Shown: positions 1 through 9,845, counted from the stretch's first letter. The stretch is DNA of 64,000 nucleotides from Bdellovibrionales bacterium (GCA_031426555.1 JANPLN010000067.1:13369-77368); one strand, 5' to 3'. Notes: generated from the letters alone by a model not told the origin. Translations and numbers: made by a program.

Positions 1-1092
1 CCTAAGTACTCCGACTACCGCGGCGTCACCCATGCTTTAACTAATAATTCGCAAGGCAGCGCCCCGCCTAGCGAAATGATCGATCACGCCTCCAAGGCGC
101 AAATTGATTTTTTGTATATCACTGATTTCAACCACTTCGATTCTTCGAACGATATTTTTGGCTATAATAATGATGTTCTCGTGTTCACCGGTAAAAAAGT
201 CAGCGTTCTCGATGCGCATTTTTTGGTGTACAGCCAGCAGAGTCTTCGACAAATGGATTCTCTAGTCAGCGCGCAAACTCTGATTAATGATTTTGTAAAC
301 CGCATGCCCTCCGAATACAAAGCCGAGACTGTGTTTTTGGCCCATCCATTTAAAGCCGGGCACGAATGGAGCATGGAGTATCCAAAAGGTCTTAATGGCA
401 TCGAGGTGATGAATCTGCGCCAGATGTGGCAACAGACGTGGATCCACAAAAAAGCGTCGTTTGTATGGAGCCTTTTTTTATATATTTTTAATCCTAAGAT
501 TGCTTTGTTGCGTTTGATTAACGAACCAAGAAAAGAAGTGAATCTTTGGGATCATCTCAATCGCACGCAAAAAACCATCGGCGTTTTAGGAAATCATTCC
601 ACCGGTAAGATTTTTAGTGCTGGGCCGATTTCGTTTTCTTTCCCCACTTACGAAGACTCCTTTCGGTTTGCTAGCAACCATATCCTGATTCCAGGAGAAC
701 TCACGGGTATTTCCAGCCGCGATATGGAGCGTGTCCATAAGGCCTTTACCAACGGGAATTTTTATTTTTCCATCGACGCTTTGGCCAACCCCGAGGGTTT
801 TGCTGCTTACATGAAGTCTGGAAAGCGTGATTATTTGATGGGCTCTGCGGTGCCATTGGCAAAGAACTCAACTCTGTATGTGGATCTTCCGGCACTCAAT
901 ATTAAAAATATTGAAATCAAAATTTACAAAGATGGTTTGGAATATTTGCGTTCGCAAAAACAAAATAGCGAATTTCAAATCACCGAAACCGGCAACTACC
1001 GAGTTTATGTAAGGCTCCGCTTGCAACTCCCCATTCCCGGAGAGCTGCGCTGGATCCCTTGGATCTACACCAACCACTTCTACGTCCGCTAG
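1..1092 (+). CDS. PHP-domain (metallohydrolase-like) protein, 5'-truncated by window edge; metal ligands partly degenerate
   Basis: Frame is open from base 1 (PKYSDYRGVTHALTNNSQGS...). PHP-like motifs YRGxxH, DFLYITDFN, FLAHPF, GIEVMN; beta-rich C-terminal domain (GNYRVYVRL). Confidence 0.65.
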   Translation, partial: PKYSDYRGVTHALTNNSQGSAPPSEMIDHASKAQIDFLYITDFNHFDSSNDIFGYNNDVLVFTGKKVSVLDAHFLVYSQQSLRQMDSLVSAQTLINDFVNRMPSEYKAETVFLAHPFKAGHEWSMEYPKGLNGIEVMNLRQMWQQTWIHKKASFVWSLFLYIFNPKIALLRLINEPRKEVNLWDHLNRTQKTIGVLGNHSTGKIFSAGPISFSFPTYEDSFRFASNHILIPGELTGISSRDMERVHKAFTNGNFYFSIDALANPEGFAAYMKSGKRDYLMGSAVPLAKNSTLYVDLPALNIKNIEIKIYKDGLEYLRSQKQNSEFQITETGNYRVYVRLRLQLPIPGELRWIPWIYTNHFYVR

Positions 1093-1700
1093 AAATCAAG
1101 AAGCGAGAGCTGCTGTTTCTTTTCGATTTGTGGAAAGCGCGCCTCGGGCTTACCCGTGAGAGCAATTAGGTTTTCGATCCTTACGCCCTCTTGCGGATCC
1201 GCAATTTTTTTCACGATTTCCAAAAATAACTTTCCGCAGTAGATCGCATCTTCTTCGGCGCGGTGAAACGTTCCTGACTCGATTTTTAAATGTTGAACTA
1301 ACGTTCCCAATTTATAATTTGCTAGGCCCGGAAACACTTTTCGCGCCATAGGCAACGTATCTAGAATCACGCCCCGCGGGCTGGAGGTTTCATATTTTTT
1401 AATGGCAGACGTTAAAAACTGCGCATCAAAGGGAGCATTGTGCGCCACCACTGGAAGATCTTCGCAAAACGCGGCTAAAGCATCTAAAAGCGTTTCGATA
1501 TAGGGTTTTCCAGCAACCATGTCGTCGGTGATTCCATTGACCGCCGAAGCTCCCGCAGGAATGGACTGTCGAGGATCCACCAATGTAGAAAACGTCGCCT
1601 CAACTTCGCCATTTAAATAGCGAACAGCACCGATCTCAACAATCTGATCAACGGCTGGAACGGTTCCAGTTGTCTCTAAGTCAAAAGCCACAAAGCGCAT
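1089..1700 (-). CDS. DEDDh 3'-5' exonuclease (DnaQ/epsilon-like)
   Basis: Exo motifs DLETTG, HNAPFD, HRAEED; GGGGG SD upstream; C-terminal QLSLL. Confidence 0.9.
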   Translation of the reverse strand: MRFVAFDLETTGTVPAVDQIVEIGAVRYLNGEVEATFSTLVDPRQSIPAGASAVNGITDDMVAGKPYIETLLDALAAFCEDLPVVAHNAPFDAQFLTSAIKKYETSSPRGVILDTLPMARKVFPGLANYKLGTLVQHLKIESGTFHRAEEDAIYCGKLFLEIVKKIADPQEGVRIENLIALTGKPEARFPQIEKKQQLSLLDF

Positions 1701-1787
1701 GCATACCCCCGAAAGATAGAATCTAAAGCGTTAACAAATAATGAACGAAATGGCCAGACCATGCCTGCGTTTTGACATAACACGCAC

Positions 1788-3383
1788 TTATTTTTTGTGA
1801 AAGCCATTGGTTATGGGATACCGGCGTCCGCGTCCGAAAGCCCGCTCGGACACCCGCAACACCGGGGGTGCCTGCCAGCGCTTAAATTCACTAGCTGCTA
1901 ATCTTTTAAGCAACCATTTTTCGGTGGGGCTTTTTGCCGCTTTCACCTCGGTCACGATGTTATTTACGGCGGTATCGAGGAGGTCATAGGAAGGCAAGGT
2001 GTCTTGGTCTTTTTGATTTGGACGTAGCTCGGCACTGGGAGCGCGCTCGATAATTTCTTTGGGAATGAGCTCCCGCTCGCGGTTATAAAAATGAGCGAGC
2101 TCATAGACCTGTCGTTTTAAAAGATCGCCAATGGGTGCGAGGCCGCCACACATATCCCCATAAAGCGTAGAGTATCCCGTGGCGTACTCGCTCTTATTCC
2201 CGGTGGCTAGTAACAAACTTTGCTGGGCGTTGGAAAACATCATCAATACATTTCCGCGCAGGCGGGCTTGCAGATTTTCGTGCACCAATCCAAACGACAT
2301 TTCGCCAAATGTTTTTTGGTAATCGTGAATCGTATTTTTGTAAATATTTTGAATGGACATAGTGAGAAAGTGACAGCCCAAATTTTTTGCCAATTCCTCG
2401 GCCAAGCGGGCGCTTTTTTCGTGGGAGTAGGGCCCGGGGAGCGCAATGGTCGTCACATTTTGCGGCCCAACGGCATCACAGGCGAGAGCTGTTACAACCG
2501 CTGAATCTATGCCACCGCTTGAACCAAGATGTATTTTTGAAAATCCATTTTTAGCCACAAAATCACGAATTCCCAGCGTCAAAACAGAGTGGAGTTGTTC
2601 GACCTTGGATTGAGCGCCGTGCCTCACGCCGCCGTCTGATTTTTCAAGGTCTACAATGTTTAAATCTTCGGAGCAAAAAGCCGACTGCGCGAGCAACCGT
2701 CCTGTTTTATCCACCACGATACTCGAGCCGTCAAAAATAAGTTCGTCCTGCGCCCCCACCATATTCACGTAAACCACAGGTGCAGAAAAGTATTTTGCAG
2801 TTTGCTTTGCCACTGCGAGGCGACGTTTTTGTTTTTGCAATGAGAACGGAGAGGCATTGATACTGATCACCACCTCCACTTTGTTTTTTTTGATTTTCTT
2901 GAGTGGGTTTTCGTCGGGATTTCGCTCCCAGGCCCACATGTCTTCGCACACCAAAAGCAGAACTTTTTTCTTCTGCAACTGAATCAAGTGCTGTTGAATA
3001 TCGCCTGCACGAAAAAAGCGCCCCTCATCAAAAATGTCGTAGGTTGGCAAAAGAGATTTCATCACCGGGTGTTTTGGTGAATGTGATGAGAACGCCGCAT
3101 TGGCCAGCGATGGCACCCCTTTTACTTGGAAAAGACCGCCCACGATGGCTTCGATATTTTTAGGTTTATTCTTGAAAAACGTCTTTAGAGCCTTGTTATG
3201 GGCTTCAATCACTTCGGGACGCTCTAGAAGATCGTTGGGACTGTATCCAAGGATCGATAATTCGGGAAAAACGATCAGTTGGCAGCTTTTATCTGCCGCT
3301 CTCTGGGACCAAAGCAGCATTTTCTGTACGTTTCCGTCGAGGTCTCCCAAAACAGGATTCAATTGCGCGAGGGCTATTCTCAT
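1788..3383 (-). CDS. nadE: Glutamine-dependent NAD+ synthetase
   Basis: Nitrilase domain (MRIALAQLNP, FPEL, VCEDMW) plus synthetase (SGGIDSA, ENLQARLRG, GNKSE, PSAELRPNQKD). Start moved to the ATG at 3383. Confidence 0.95.
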   Translation of the reverse strand: MRIALAQLNPVLGDLDGNVQKMLLWSQRAADKSCQLIVFPELSILGYSPNDLLERPEVIEAHNKALKTFFKNKPKNIEAIVGGLFQVKGVPSLANAAFSSHSPKHPVMKSLLPTYDIFDEGRFFRAGDIQQHLIQLQKKKVLLLVCEDMWAWERNPDENPLKKIKKNKVEVVISINASPFSLQKQKRRLAVAKQTAKYFSAPVVYVNMVGAQDELIFDGSSIVVDKTGRLLAQSAFCSEDLNIVDLEKSDGGVRHGAQSKVEQLHSVLTLGIRDFVAKNGFSKIHLGSSGGIDSAVVTALACDAVGPQNVTTIALPGPYSHEKSARLAEELAKNLGCHFLTMSIQNIYKNTIHDYQKTFGEMSFGLVHENLQARLRGNVLMMFSNAQQSLLLATGNKSEYATGYSTLYGDMCGGLAPIGDLLKRQVYELAHFYNRERELIPKEIIERAPSAELRPNQKDQDTLPSYDLLDTAVNNIVTEVKAAKSPTEKWLLKRLAASEFKRWQAPPVLRVSERAFGRGRRYPITNGFHKK

Positions 3384-3390
3384 GCGGGAG

Positions 3391-3419
3391 ATAATATAAA
3401 TGTTTGGCAGTTCTGTAAA
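3391..3419 (-). promoter_or_regulatory. sigma70-type promoter for nadE, probably leaderless
   Basis: Minus strand TTTACA-N17-TATTAT-N7-ATG, no SD. Confidence 0.5.
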
Positions 3420-3565
3420 GTTTTCCTTCAATCCTTGCTGTCTATTTTTAAAACAGCAGCAGTAATTTGTTCAAATTCCTTGGTCAAAGGCTCTCTGGTT
3501 GAATCTGTGCGTCTGCGGAGGATCAATAAGTGTGTTGGCATTAGACACCCTCAAGGTAACAATTT

Positions 3566-3582
3566 TGGGCACGGGTTTTGTA
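3566..3582 (+). promoter_or_regulatory. Possible sigma54 (-24/-12) promoter
   Basis: GGGCACGGGTTTTGT versus consensus TGGCACGNNNNTTGC; correct spacing, but GT instead of GC at -12. Confidence 0.4.
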
Positions 3583-3633
3583 ACTGTTTTGAGTCAACGG
3601 ACTTCAACAACTGCTGAGAAAGATAAAGCTGAG

Positions 3634-4596
3634 ATGCAAAACATTGTGCACAAACTGCAAAATATGATTCAAACCTACTACGGTTTTTCGAGCCAGCTCG
3701 AATGGCAAAACAATCTAGACGACGCAGGAACAGAGAAAAACGAAGCGGGAACCCTGTCCGTGCCCCTTTTCGAACCGAAGTCCAAGCGACCGGTGGCTTA
3801 CTTTAAAGTTCTGGACGTTCCCCCACAGCAGGCGGCTGTGCAGGAAAAGATTCGCGAACTCATTCAGTTTTCTTTGCAAAACTATATCAACCTTATGGAT
3901 AAACTGGATGTAGCCGACAACCTCTTGCAGTATTTGCAAATGGAGCTGCATCCGCAAAAAATTATTCGTCTTCAGGGATCAAAGCAAAGTACACAAAAAT
4001 TCCGTGAAGCCTCCTTCAGTCGAACTGCGGCATCAACAACAAGCACCGACTTTTCTTTTGATCATCAAAAGCAGGCGCTTTTGCTAAAAAGCGACTCACC
4101 GATTCGACTGGAACGGCTGGCACTATCTCTGCACGCGACGGCAAAAAATCATTTCTTTTTGCGCACCGATCAAATGGGGGCCACTTTTTTAACGACAATT
4201 AACGACCTGGCCGGCTTAAACAAAACCACACTCTTTATTCCAGACATCAATTCGCTTTCCGAGCGTCAGCAAAAAACTCTCGAAACTTTTTGGCTCATGA
4301 CCCAATCTAAAAATTCAACTGAAGTTCTGGTTGTCGCCGCCACCCAGTCCACTTTGAGTGAGCTTGTGAAAACCAGTCTTTTGAATTCCACGTTTTTGCG
4401 AAATTTTGATTTCTTCTATCTTTTGTCGGACTCATCCAGCGAAGCCGAAATTCGCTTCGAAAATTTAAATCAATGTGCCCACGCCATTTTACAGGCAGCG
4501 CCAGAACATCATCTTAAACACCATAAGTTTTCGCAAAATATAAAAAGCTGTCACCTGATACCTTCATGTGAAAGTCTGTTTCCCTCCGTCCACTAG
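3634..4596 (+). CDS. Hypothetical protein with degenerate sigma54-activator AAA+-like segment
   Basis: TTLFIPDINSLSERQQKTL and VLVVAATQSTLSELV resemble bEBP Walker B and RxIAATNRDL regions; no Walker A or GAFTGA. ATG 3634 preferred over TTG 3499. Confidence 0.55.
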   Translation: MQNIVHKLQNMIQTYYGFSSQLEWQNNLDDAGTEKNEAGTLSVPLFEPKSKRPVAYFKVLDVPPQQAAVQEKIRELIQFSLQNYINLMDKLDVADNLLQYLQMELHPQKIIRLQGSKQSTQKFREASFSRTAASTTSTDFSFDHQKQALLLKSDSPIRLERLALSLHATAKNHFFLRTDQMGATFLTTINDLAGLNKTTLFIPDINSLSERQQKTLETFWLMTQSKNSTEVLVVAATQSTLSELVKTSLLNSTFLRNFDFFYLLSDSSSEAEIRFENLNQCAHAILQAAPEHHLKHHKFSQNIKSCHLIPSCESLFPSVH

Positions 4597-4659
4597 GTGG
4601 ACAATCTATCAGCCCATTAAAACGTTGCTTTTCGCCTCCGAGTCGGGGACCATGAAACT

Positions 4660-5700
4660 ATGGTGGCGCAAATTTCCGCAGAATATCCAAAGGTTTTTGA
4701 CGAACTGATTCAAAAACACCTATCGATCGCTGATTATTCGATCGTTCCGCTGGCGGGCGACGCTTCCTCGCGACGTTACTATCGCGTTGTGAAAGGGAAC
4801 CAATCCTGGGTTCTGATGGAGTGGACACCCTTTCAAAATCCTGATGAATTTCCCTTTATTTCAATTCAGCGCCATCTACAAAGCAGTCACATCGGCGTTC
4901 CAGGCATCATTGGAATGGACGAGCAAAAAGGATTGTTTCTCCTCGAAGATCTCGGCGACTTGACTTTGGAACGACGTTTTTGGGAGTTTTCAAAACAGGA
5001 TAGCATTATTCCCTTTTATCAGGTGACTCTGGATTTGCTCGTAAAATTACATCGACAGTCCCTCGATAAAAAACAGTGGAGCGAGTGCACAGCTTACGGT
5101 GTGCAGTTTGATACTGAAAAATTCACGTGGGAACTTAACTACACCTTTAAAAATTTATTTTCTATATTGTGTCCCCATCATCTCTCCGAAAAAGAACAAT
5201 TGGCTCTGCAAAAGGAATTTAATCTTCTTGCACAGACATTGGCTGACGCTCCTCAGGTGCTGTGCCATCGCGACTTTCATTCGCGCAATATTATGATCAA
5301 AGGCGATCGTATTTATTTTATCGACTTTCAGGATGCCCGCCTGGGGCCAGCGCAGTACGACCTTGTAAGTCTTGTACATGATTCCTACGTCACTCTCGAT
5401 GACGAACATATTCAAAATCTCATAGATTATTATCTAGAGATTTTTCCAGAAGCTCTCACACAGTTTAAAACTCGAGAAAACTTCATGCATTATTTTTATT
5501 TGCAAATGCTTCAGCGCTGCTTCAAAGCCTGTGGAACATTTGCCGCCATTCTCAATCAGCGGGACGATCGTCGTTACCTTAAATACTTGCCGCACACTCT
5601 GGCGAAGGTAAAATATGCTCTCACACAAACCACTGAGTTTCCGATCATAAAAAAACTTGTTGATCAGCTTCAACTTCCACAAATCGAAAAATGGCCGTAA
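4660..5700 (+). CDS. amgK: Anomeric MurNAc/GlcNAc kinase (APH-family phosphotransferase)
   Basis: LAGDASSRRYYR, LEDLGD, HRDFHSRN, IDFQDA, YDLVSL; directly upstream of a nucleotidyltransferase. Confidence 0.85.
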   Translation: MVAQISAEYPKVFDELIQKHLSIADYSIVPLAGDASSRRYYRVVKGNQSWVLMEWTPFQNPDEFPFISIQRHLQSSHIGVPGIIGMDEQKGLFLLEDLGDLTLERRFWEFSKQDSIIPFYQVTLDLLVKLHRQSLDKKQWSECTAYGVQFDTEKFTWELNYTFKNLFSILCPHHLSEKEQLALQKEFNLLAQTLADAPQVLCHRDFHSRNIMIKGDRIYFIDFQDARLGPAQYDLVSLVHDSYVTLDDEHIQNLIDYYLEIFPEALTQFKTRENFMHYFYLQMLQRCFKACGTFAAILNQRDDRRYLKYLPHTLAKVKYALTQTTEFPIIKKLVDQLQLPQIEKWP

Positions 5701-6689
5701 AAGCGCTTCTCCTTTGTGCAGGGTTAGGAACACGACTCCGTCCCTTTACAAATCATCTGCCCAAGCCAGCGATTCCATTTTTTGGTCTTCCACTTTGTTA
5801 TTACAGTCTTTATCTTTTGCGAAAAATTAACTGTCTTGATGTCACCGTCAACCTGCACCACCTGCCGGCGAAGATACAAAATCTCCTGCAGAAAGACGAG
5901 CTGGCGGACTTTCGTTTTTCCTTTTCGTTGGAAAAGGAAAAAATCATGGGAAGCGGCGGCGCCATTTTCCATGCAAAAAAATTTCTGCAGTCTGCGGATT
6001 CTTTTTTTGCTATTAACTCGGATGAGGTGATGATTCCTCCTTCGGCCGAAATTTTAAACGATTTAAAAAACCACCATCTTAAATCAAAGTCGTTGGCAAC
6101 GTTATTGGTCACCGATCATCCCGACTTACTCAAAACGTTAAAACCCGTTTGGGTGAATGGTGAGGGTGTGGTGCGCGGTTTTGGCGATAAGCCCGGAACC
6201 TCAGAACCACTTCGACCGGTGCATTACACGGGGTACAAGATTTTTTCAAAGGACGTTTTAACTTTGCTGCCCGCTGGGGAATCGCATATCTTTCACGACA
6301 CCCTTGTTCCGGCCATGGCCACAGGTGCACTGGTAAACACACACTTTATTGATAGCCACTGGTGGGAGACCGGATCCTTTGCAAATCTGCTCACTGCGAC
6401 GGCGGATGTGATCCAATTGATCCACCAAGTAAAAAAGAACCACCTTCGCGACATCTACGAAAGTTTTCAAAAAGAGTTTTCTTTCACAACCACGATCCAC
6501 GGTCGAGATAAAGTGGCACTGCACTCAACCGCCGCGGTTAGTAGCAACCAGTGTCGCGGAACAGTTTTTGTGGCGGAGAAAACAACGTCCGCAGCCGATG
6601 TCGTTTTACAAAACTGCATCGTTGATAAAGACCTTAAGCTTATAAAATCTCAACAAGACACCTTGATTTTAGATACGGAGACACCATGA
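5691..6689 (+). CDS. murU: Nucleotidyltransferase, probable MurNAc-alpha-1-P uridylyltransferase
   Basis: LLCAGLGTRLRPFTNHLPKP motif; located between amgK and anmK. Confidence 0.75.
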   Translation: MAVKALLLCAGLGTRLRPFTNHLPKPAIPFFGLPLCYYSLYLLRKINCLDVTVNLHHLPAKIQNLLQKDELADFRFSFSLEKEKIMGSGGAIFHAKKFLQSADSFFAINSDEVMIPPSAEILNDLKNHHLKSKSLATLLVTDHPDLLKTLKPVWVNGEGVVRGFGDKPGTSEPLRPVHYTGYKIFSKDVLTLLPAGESHIFHDTLVPAMATGALVNTHFIDSHWWETGSFANLLTATADVIQLIHQVKKNHLRDIYESFQKEFSFTTTIHGRDKVALHSTAAVSSNQCRGTVFVAEKTTSAADVVLQNCIVDKDLKLIKSQQDTLILDTETP

Positions 6690-7768
6690 AAGTTTTGGGC
6701 ATTATGAATGGCACAAGTGGCGACGGCGTTGATTACGTGGTTGCCGATGTTTCTTTTAAAAAAACCTGGTCTGTTCGTTTTTTGCAACACGAACACAAAC
6801 CTTTTGATAAAAACTTTCACGAAAAAACCAAACGGCTGATTACCAATGTGGCAACGACCTACGAAATCGGAGAATTTCACCATGATCTGGGTCGCCTTTA
6901 CGCCAAGCATTTTTCTGAAATCCGTTGGAAACACAAACCCGAACTGATCGGATTGCACGGACAGACTGTTTATCACCGCGGTGGCTCGGCCACCTTCCAA
7001 TTGGGAGAACCCAGCTATTTATCTCAACAGGCAAAGCTTCCGGTGATTTTTAACTTTAGAGCGAGTGACGTCGCTGTCGGTGGCCAAGGCGCACCCCTTG
7101 CTCCAGTTTTGCACAAGGTTCTTTTATCGCAATTTAAAGAGCCGGTCTCTTTTCATAATCTTGGCGGTATTAGCAATCTTACGTTTTGTCATAAAAAAAC
7201 CTGGCTCGCCTTCGACACGGGGCCTGCCAATACGCTAATGGACATCTGGATCCAGCACAAAACACAATCCAAATCACTTTTTGATGACGACGGAACTTTA
7301 GCTTCAAGAGGACTTCCGCAATTAGAAACTGTGGAAAAAATGATGGCAAATGCCTATTTTAAAAAAGCGGCACCAAAGAGTTGCGGTCGCGAGGAGTTTA
7401 ACGTTCACTTTATTCAATCGCATATCGATAAAAAATTTCCGAGACTTAAAATCGAAGATCAACTGGCCACGCTCACCGAAGTGTCGGCGGCGAGTATTTA
7501 CCAAGCCTACAAAAAGTTTTGTCCTACAATGCCAAAGCATATTTATTTTTCGGGCGGCGGATTACAGAACAAATTTTTTATGCAAAGGCTGAAGCTTTAT
7601 TTTGGCTCTGATGTTGTAAAATCGTCGGAGGATTTAGGCTGGCCATCGCAAGCTATTGAAGGCGGTGCCTTCGCGCTGCTAGCTTACATGCGCTCGAAAG
7701 AGTTGAGAGTGGATCTGCGAACCATCACCGGCGGCGACAAAGCCTCATTGCTAGGCCAAATCTGCTAA
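6686..7768 (+). CDS. anmK: Anhydro-N-acetylmuramic acid kinase
   Basis: MNGTSGDGVD, GLHGQTVYH, GGQGAPLAP, NLGGISN, FDTGPAN, KSCGREEF. Confidence 0.95.
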   Translation: MKVLGIMNGTSGDGVDYVVADVSFKKTWSVRFLQHEHKPFDKNFHEKTKRLITNVATTYEIGEFHHDLGRLYAKHFSEIRWKHKPELIGLHGQTVYHRGGSATFQLGEPSYLSQQAKLPVIFNFRASDVAVGGQGAPLAPVLHKVLLSQFKEPVSFHNLGGISNLTFCHKKTWLAFDTGPANTLMDIWIQHKTQSKSLFDDDGTLASRGLPQLETVEKMMANAYFKKAAPKSCGREEFNVHFIQSHIDKKFPRLKIEDQLATLTEVSAASIYQAYKKFCPTMPKHIYFSGGGLQNKFFMQRLKLYFGSDVVKSSEDLGWPSQAIEGGAFALLAYMRSKELRVDLRTITGGDKASLLGQIC

Positions 7769-8826
7769 AGCTCTGCGAGTTGATTGCGTTCGGTTTGGAT
7801 ACGTTTTTCGATTTTTTGAAAGTTATCGAAAGCGTGGGCGGCAGAGATTCCGCCGGGTTGTCCCGAGGCGAGGCCGCGCGCTTGTAAAGCCTTATCCACA
7901 GCATTTCCCACGCCGTTGCTTCCGGCTCTGCCGTCATCGATTCCTACACGGGAGGCCACGGGATTTCCGCTACTTTTGCTAGATGAAGCGGCGCCCATTT
8001 GCATGCCGCCATTTTTTCCACCGGCACCACCACCAGTGGCGCCAAAATTTATCTTCGGAGTTCCATCGGCATTCACTTCGGCAACCCCGCGACCGCGGCC
8101 ACCGGGTCCACCACCGGAACCGCCGCCACCCATGCCACCGCCACCACCGCCAGGTGATTGGCCAAACTGCGCCATGCTCGGATCCACTTTTTCACCCATC
8201 GCTGGTGCATCGTTTGGATTTAATCCTGCATCTAAAAAACTTCCATCACCCGCATCTCGAGTGGTGTTAGCTAGTGTTGCGCCAGGAGTGTCGGCGGCTT
8301 CGTCCACTTTGCACTTCGCGGGATCTTTGGCACACGCATCACCACTTTCGCCGCCATCGCCCTTGAGCTGTCCGAGGAGCGCGGTAAGCAGTGGTAAAAC
8401 CTGGTTCAGGTCCAAACCCGCTTTTTTAGCAGCTGCGAGGTTTTCCTTTGGTTTCTCGTTACATTCTTTTTCCGCTTGTTGGGCCTGCTGTACGCCATTT
8501 GCGTCCGCATTGGCTTGCGCCTGGGCGGCTTCTTGCTGACATGTTTGGATACAGCTTGTAAAGCTTTTATAACATGTTGCTTCGAACGCAGTCACCTGTC
8601 TGCTTGAAGTCGCAGTATTCTTAATGGCAAGCTGCACACCTGGGAGTGTTCCAGCACCTGGTTGTTGAACCGTTGAATTGATTTGTTCCATCAATCGGAG
8701 TGGTTCTTCAATTCCTTTTTTGTCACAGTCATTAAACGCGGCATCTCTCGCGCTTTGGCAACTACCTGCTGCAAATGCAGAGTCTAAATTTGCAAAAAAC
8801 AAAATGATAAAAAATATTTTTCCCAT
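7765..8826 (-). CDS. Secreted hypothetical protein, Cys-helical N-terminus and Gly-rich linker
   Basis: Signal peptide (...SAFA), paired Cys, poly-Gly tracts, C-terminal DNFQKIEKRI. Confidence 0.8.
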   Translation of the reverse strand: MGKIFFIILFFANLDSAFAAGSCQSARDAAFNDCDKKGIEEPLRLMEQINSTVQQPGAGTLPGVQLAIKNTATSSRQVTAFEATCYKSFTSCIQTCQQEAAQAQANADANGVQQAQQAEKECNEKPKENLAAAKKAGLDLNQVLPLLTALLGQLKGDGGESGDACAKDPAKCKVDEAADTPGATLANTTRDAGDGSFLDAGLNPNDAPAMGEKVDPSMAQFGQSPGGGGGGMGGGGSGGGPGGRGRGVAEVNADGTPKINFGATGGGAGGKNGGMQMGAASSSKSSGNPVASRVGIDDGRAGSNGVGNAVDKALQARGLASGQPGGISAAHAFDNFQKIEKRIQTERNQLAEL

Positions 8827-8827
8827 T

Positions 8828-9793
8828 TTAGTGCCCCATTCCCGTGCGCTCGCGATCCACGCGTTTTTCTACCATTAAAAAAATATCCGAATGCGAAACT
8901 CCAATAACACCGTCACCAAACTGTTTAAAAAATCCACCCCAGGCTGCGGGATCACGATCGATGCCCGAGCGTTCGGCTTCGGTCGCCGTCGTGGTTTCTT
9001 TTTGGCTGCCATCTAAACTCGAAATGCTCACTCGGCCGTAACCTGTGGAGCCGCTAGGTTGGGCGACAAGATCGCCAGCTCCACTTCCAACTTTTTCCGC
9101 AAGCTGTTTGCGCATCTCCGCAAGGCCCTGCTGGATCGCACTTGATTCCTTGCCACTCACACCTGCCGCAGCCAAACTTGCCGGACTCAAATCGCCATTC
9201 ACGGAGGCTCCTGTGGGCGTTGTGATATTTCCGCTGTCGTCGACGGTGTAACCTTGGCTGACCAAATCTGCTTTGAGTTTGTTGAGTTCTTTTTGCAAAG
9301 CCGCATCTTGCGCCGTGGAGGCATCCACCGTGCCCGTCGAGCTACCGCTGGAACCCAAATCATTCATCAAATCTTGCGACTGACTAGCTTTGCTGGCGGC
9401 ATAACCAGCTGCTGCAAAGGCCGCCGCACCCAAGTAGCACGCAGTGCGGTTGTTAGAACTGCAACGCATCATATAACTAGTACCTAAGGCTGCTGCAGCG
9501 ACACCCATCACGATGGATTGGGTTTTTCCTGACTTCGCTTGGTTGTAAGCGCCGGTGTTTTCTTCGCCTACCGATCCATCGGTCCCATAATTTGTTGTTG
9601 TGGTTACTGCGCCCGCCATCTGATCATTCACTGTTCCTGTGGGAGTGGTGGATGTAGAACTTGCTGTACCAGTAGTGACGGTACAATTAATCGAAGTCTC
9701 GCACGCCGCTCCGCCGCCCGACGCCACTTCGGCGAAAGACTGACTTACGAAAGATAAAAACAAACTTAGAATCACCAAGGTTTTATACGCCAT
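8828..9793 (-). CDS. Secreted hypothetical protein with hydrophobic Ala-rich hairpin
   Basis: Signal peptide (...QSFA), Thr/Ser-rich segment, IVMGVAAAALG...C-x7-C...LGAAAFAAAG, C-terminal DIFLMVEKRV; GGGGG SD. Confidence 0.8.
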   Translation of the reverse strand: MAYKTLVILSLFLSFVSQSFAEVASGGGAACETSINCTVTTGTASSTSTTPTGTVNDQMAGAVTTTTNYGTDGSVGEENTGAYNQAKSGKTQSIVMGVAAAALGTSYMMRCSSNNRTACYLGAAAFAAAGYAASKASQSQDLMNDLGSSGSSTGTVDASTAQDAALQKELNKLKADLVSQGYTVDDSGNITTPTGASVNGDLSPASLAAAGVSGKESSAIQQGLAEMRKQLAEKVGSGAGDLVAQPSGSTGYGRVSISSLDGSQKETTTATEAERSGIDRDPAAWGGFFKQFGDGVIGVSHSDIFLMVEKRVDRERTGMGH

Positions 9794-9817
9794 TTTCTAT
9801 CCCCCGATACCTTCTCT

Positions 9818-9845
9818 TTATCGGACGGAAGTCTGTAAATCTTTA
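9818..9845 (-). promoter_or_regulatory. sigma28 (FliA)-type promoter
   Basis: Minus strand TAAAG-N15-TCCGATAA, 24 nt upstream of the ATG at 9793. Confidence 0.7.

Noticed and set aside
1..1092. PHP protein as the missing MurNAc-6-P phosphatase
   Set aside because: Metal ligands look degenerate, and it is separated from amgK by unrelated genes.
7916..8539. 207-aa Pro-rich ORF on the + strand
   Set aside because: Antisense shadow of the Gly-rich (GGN) codons of 7765-8826.
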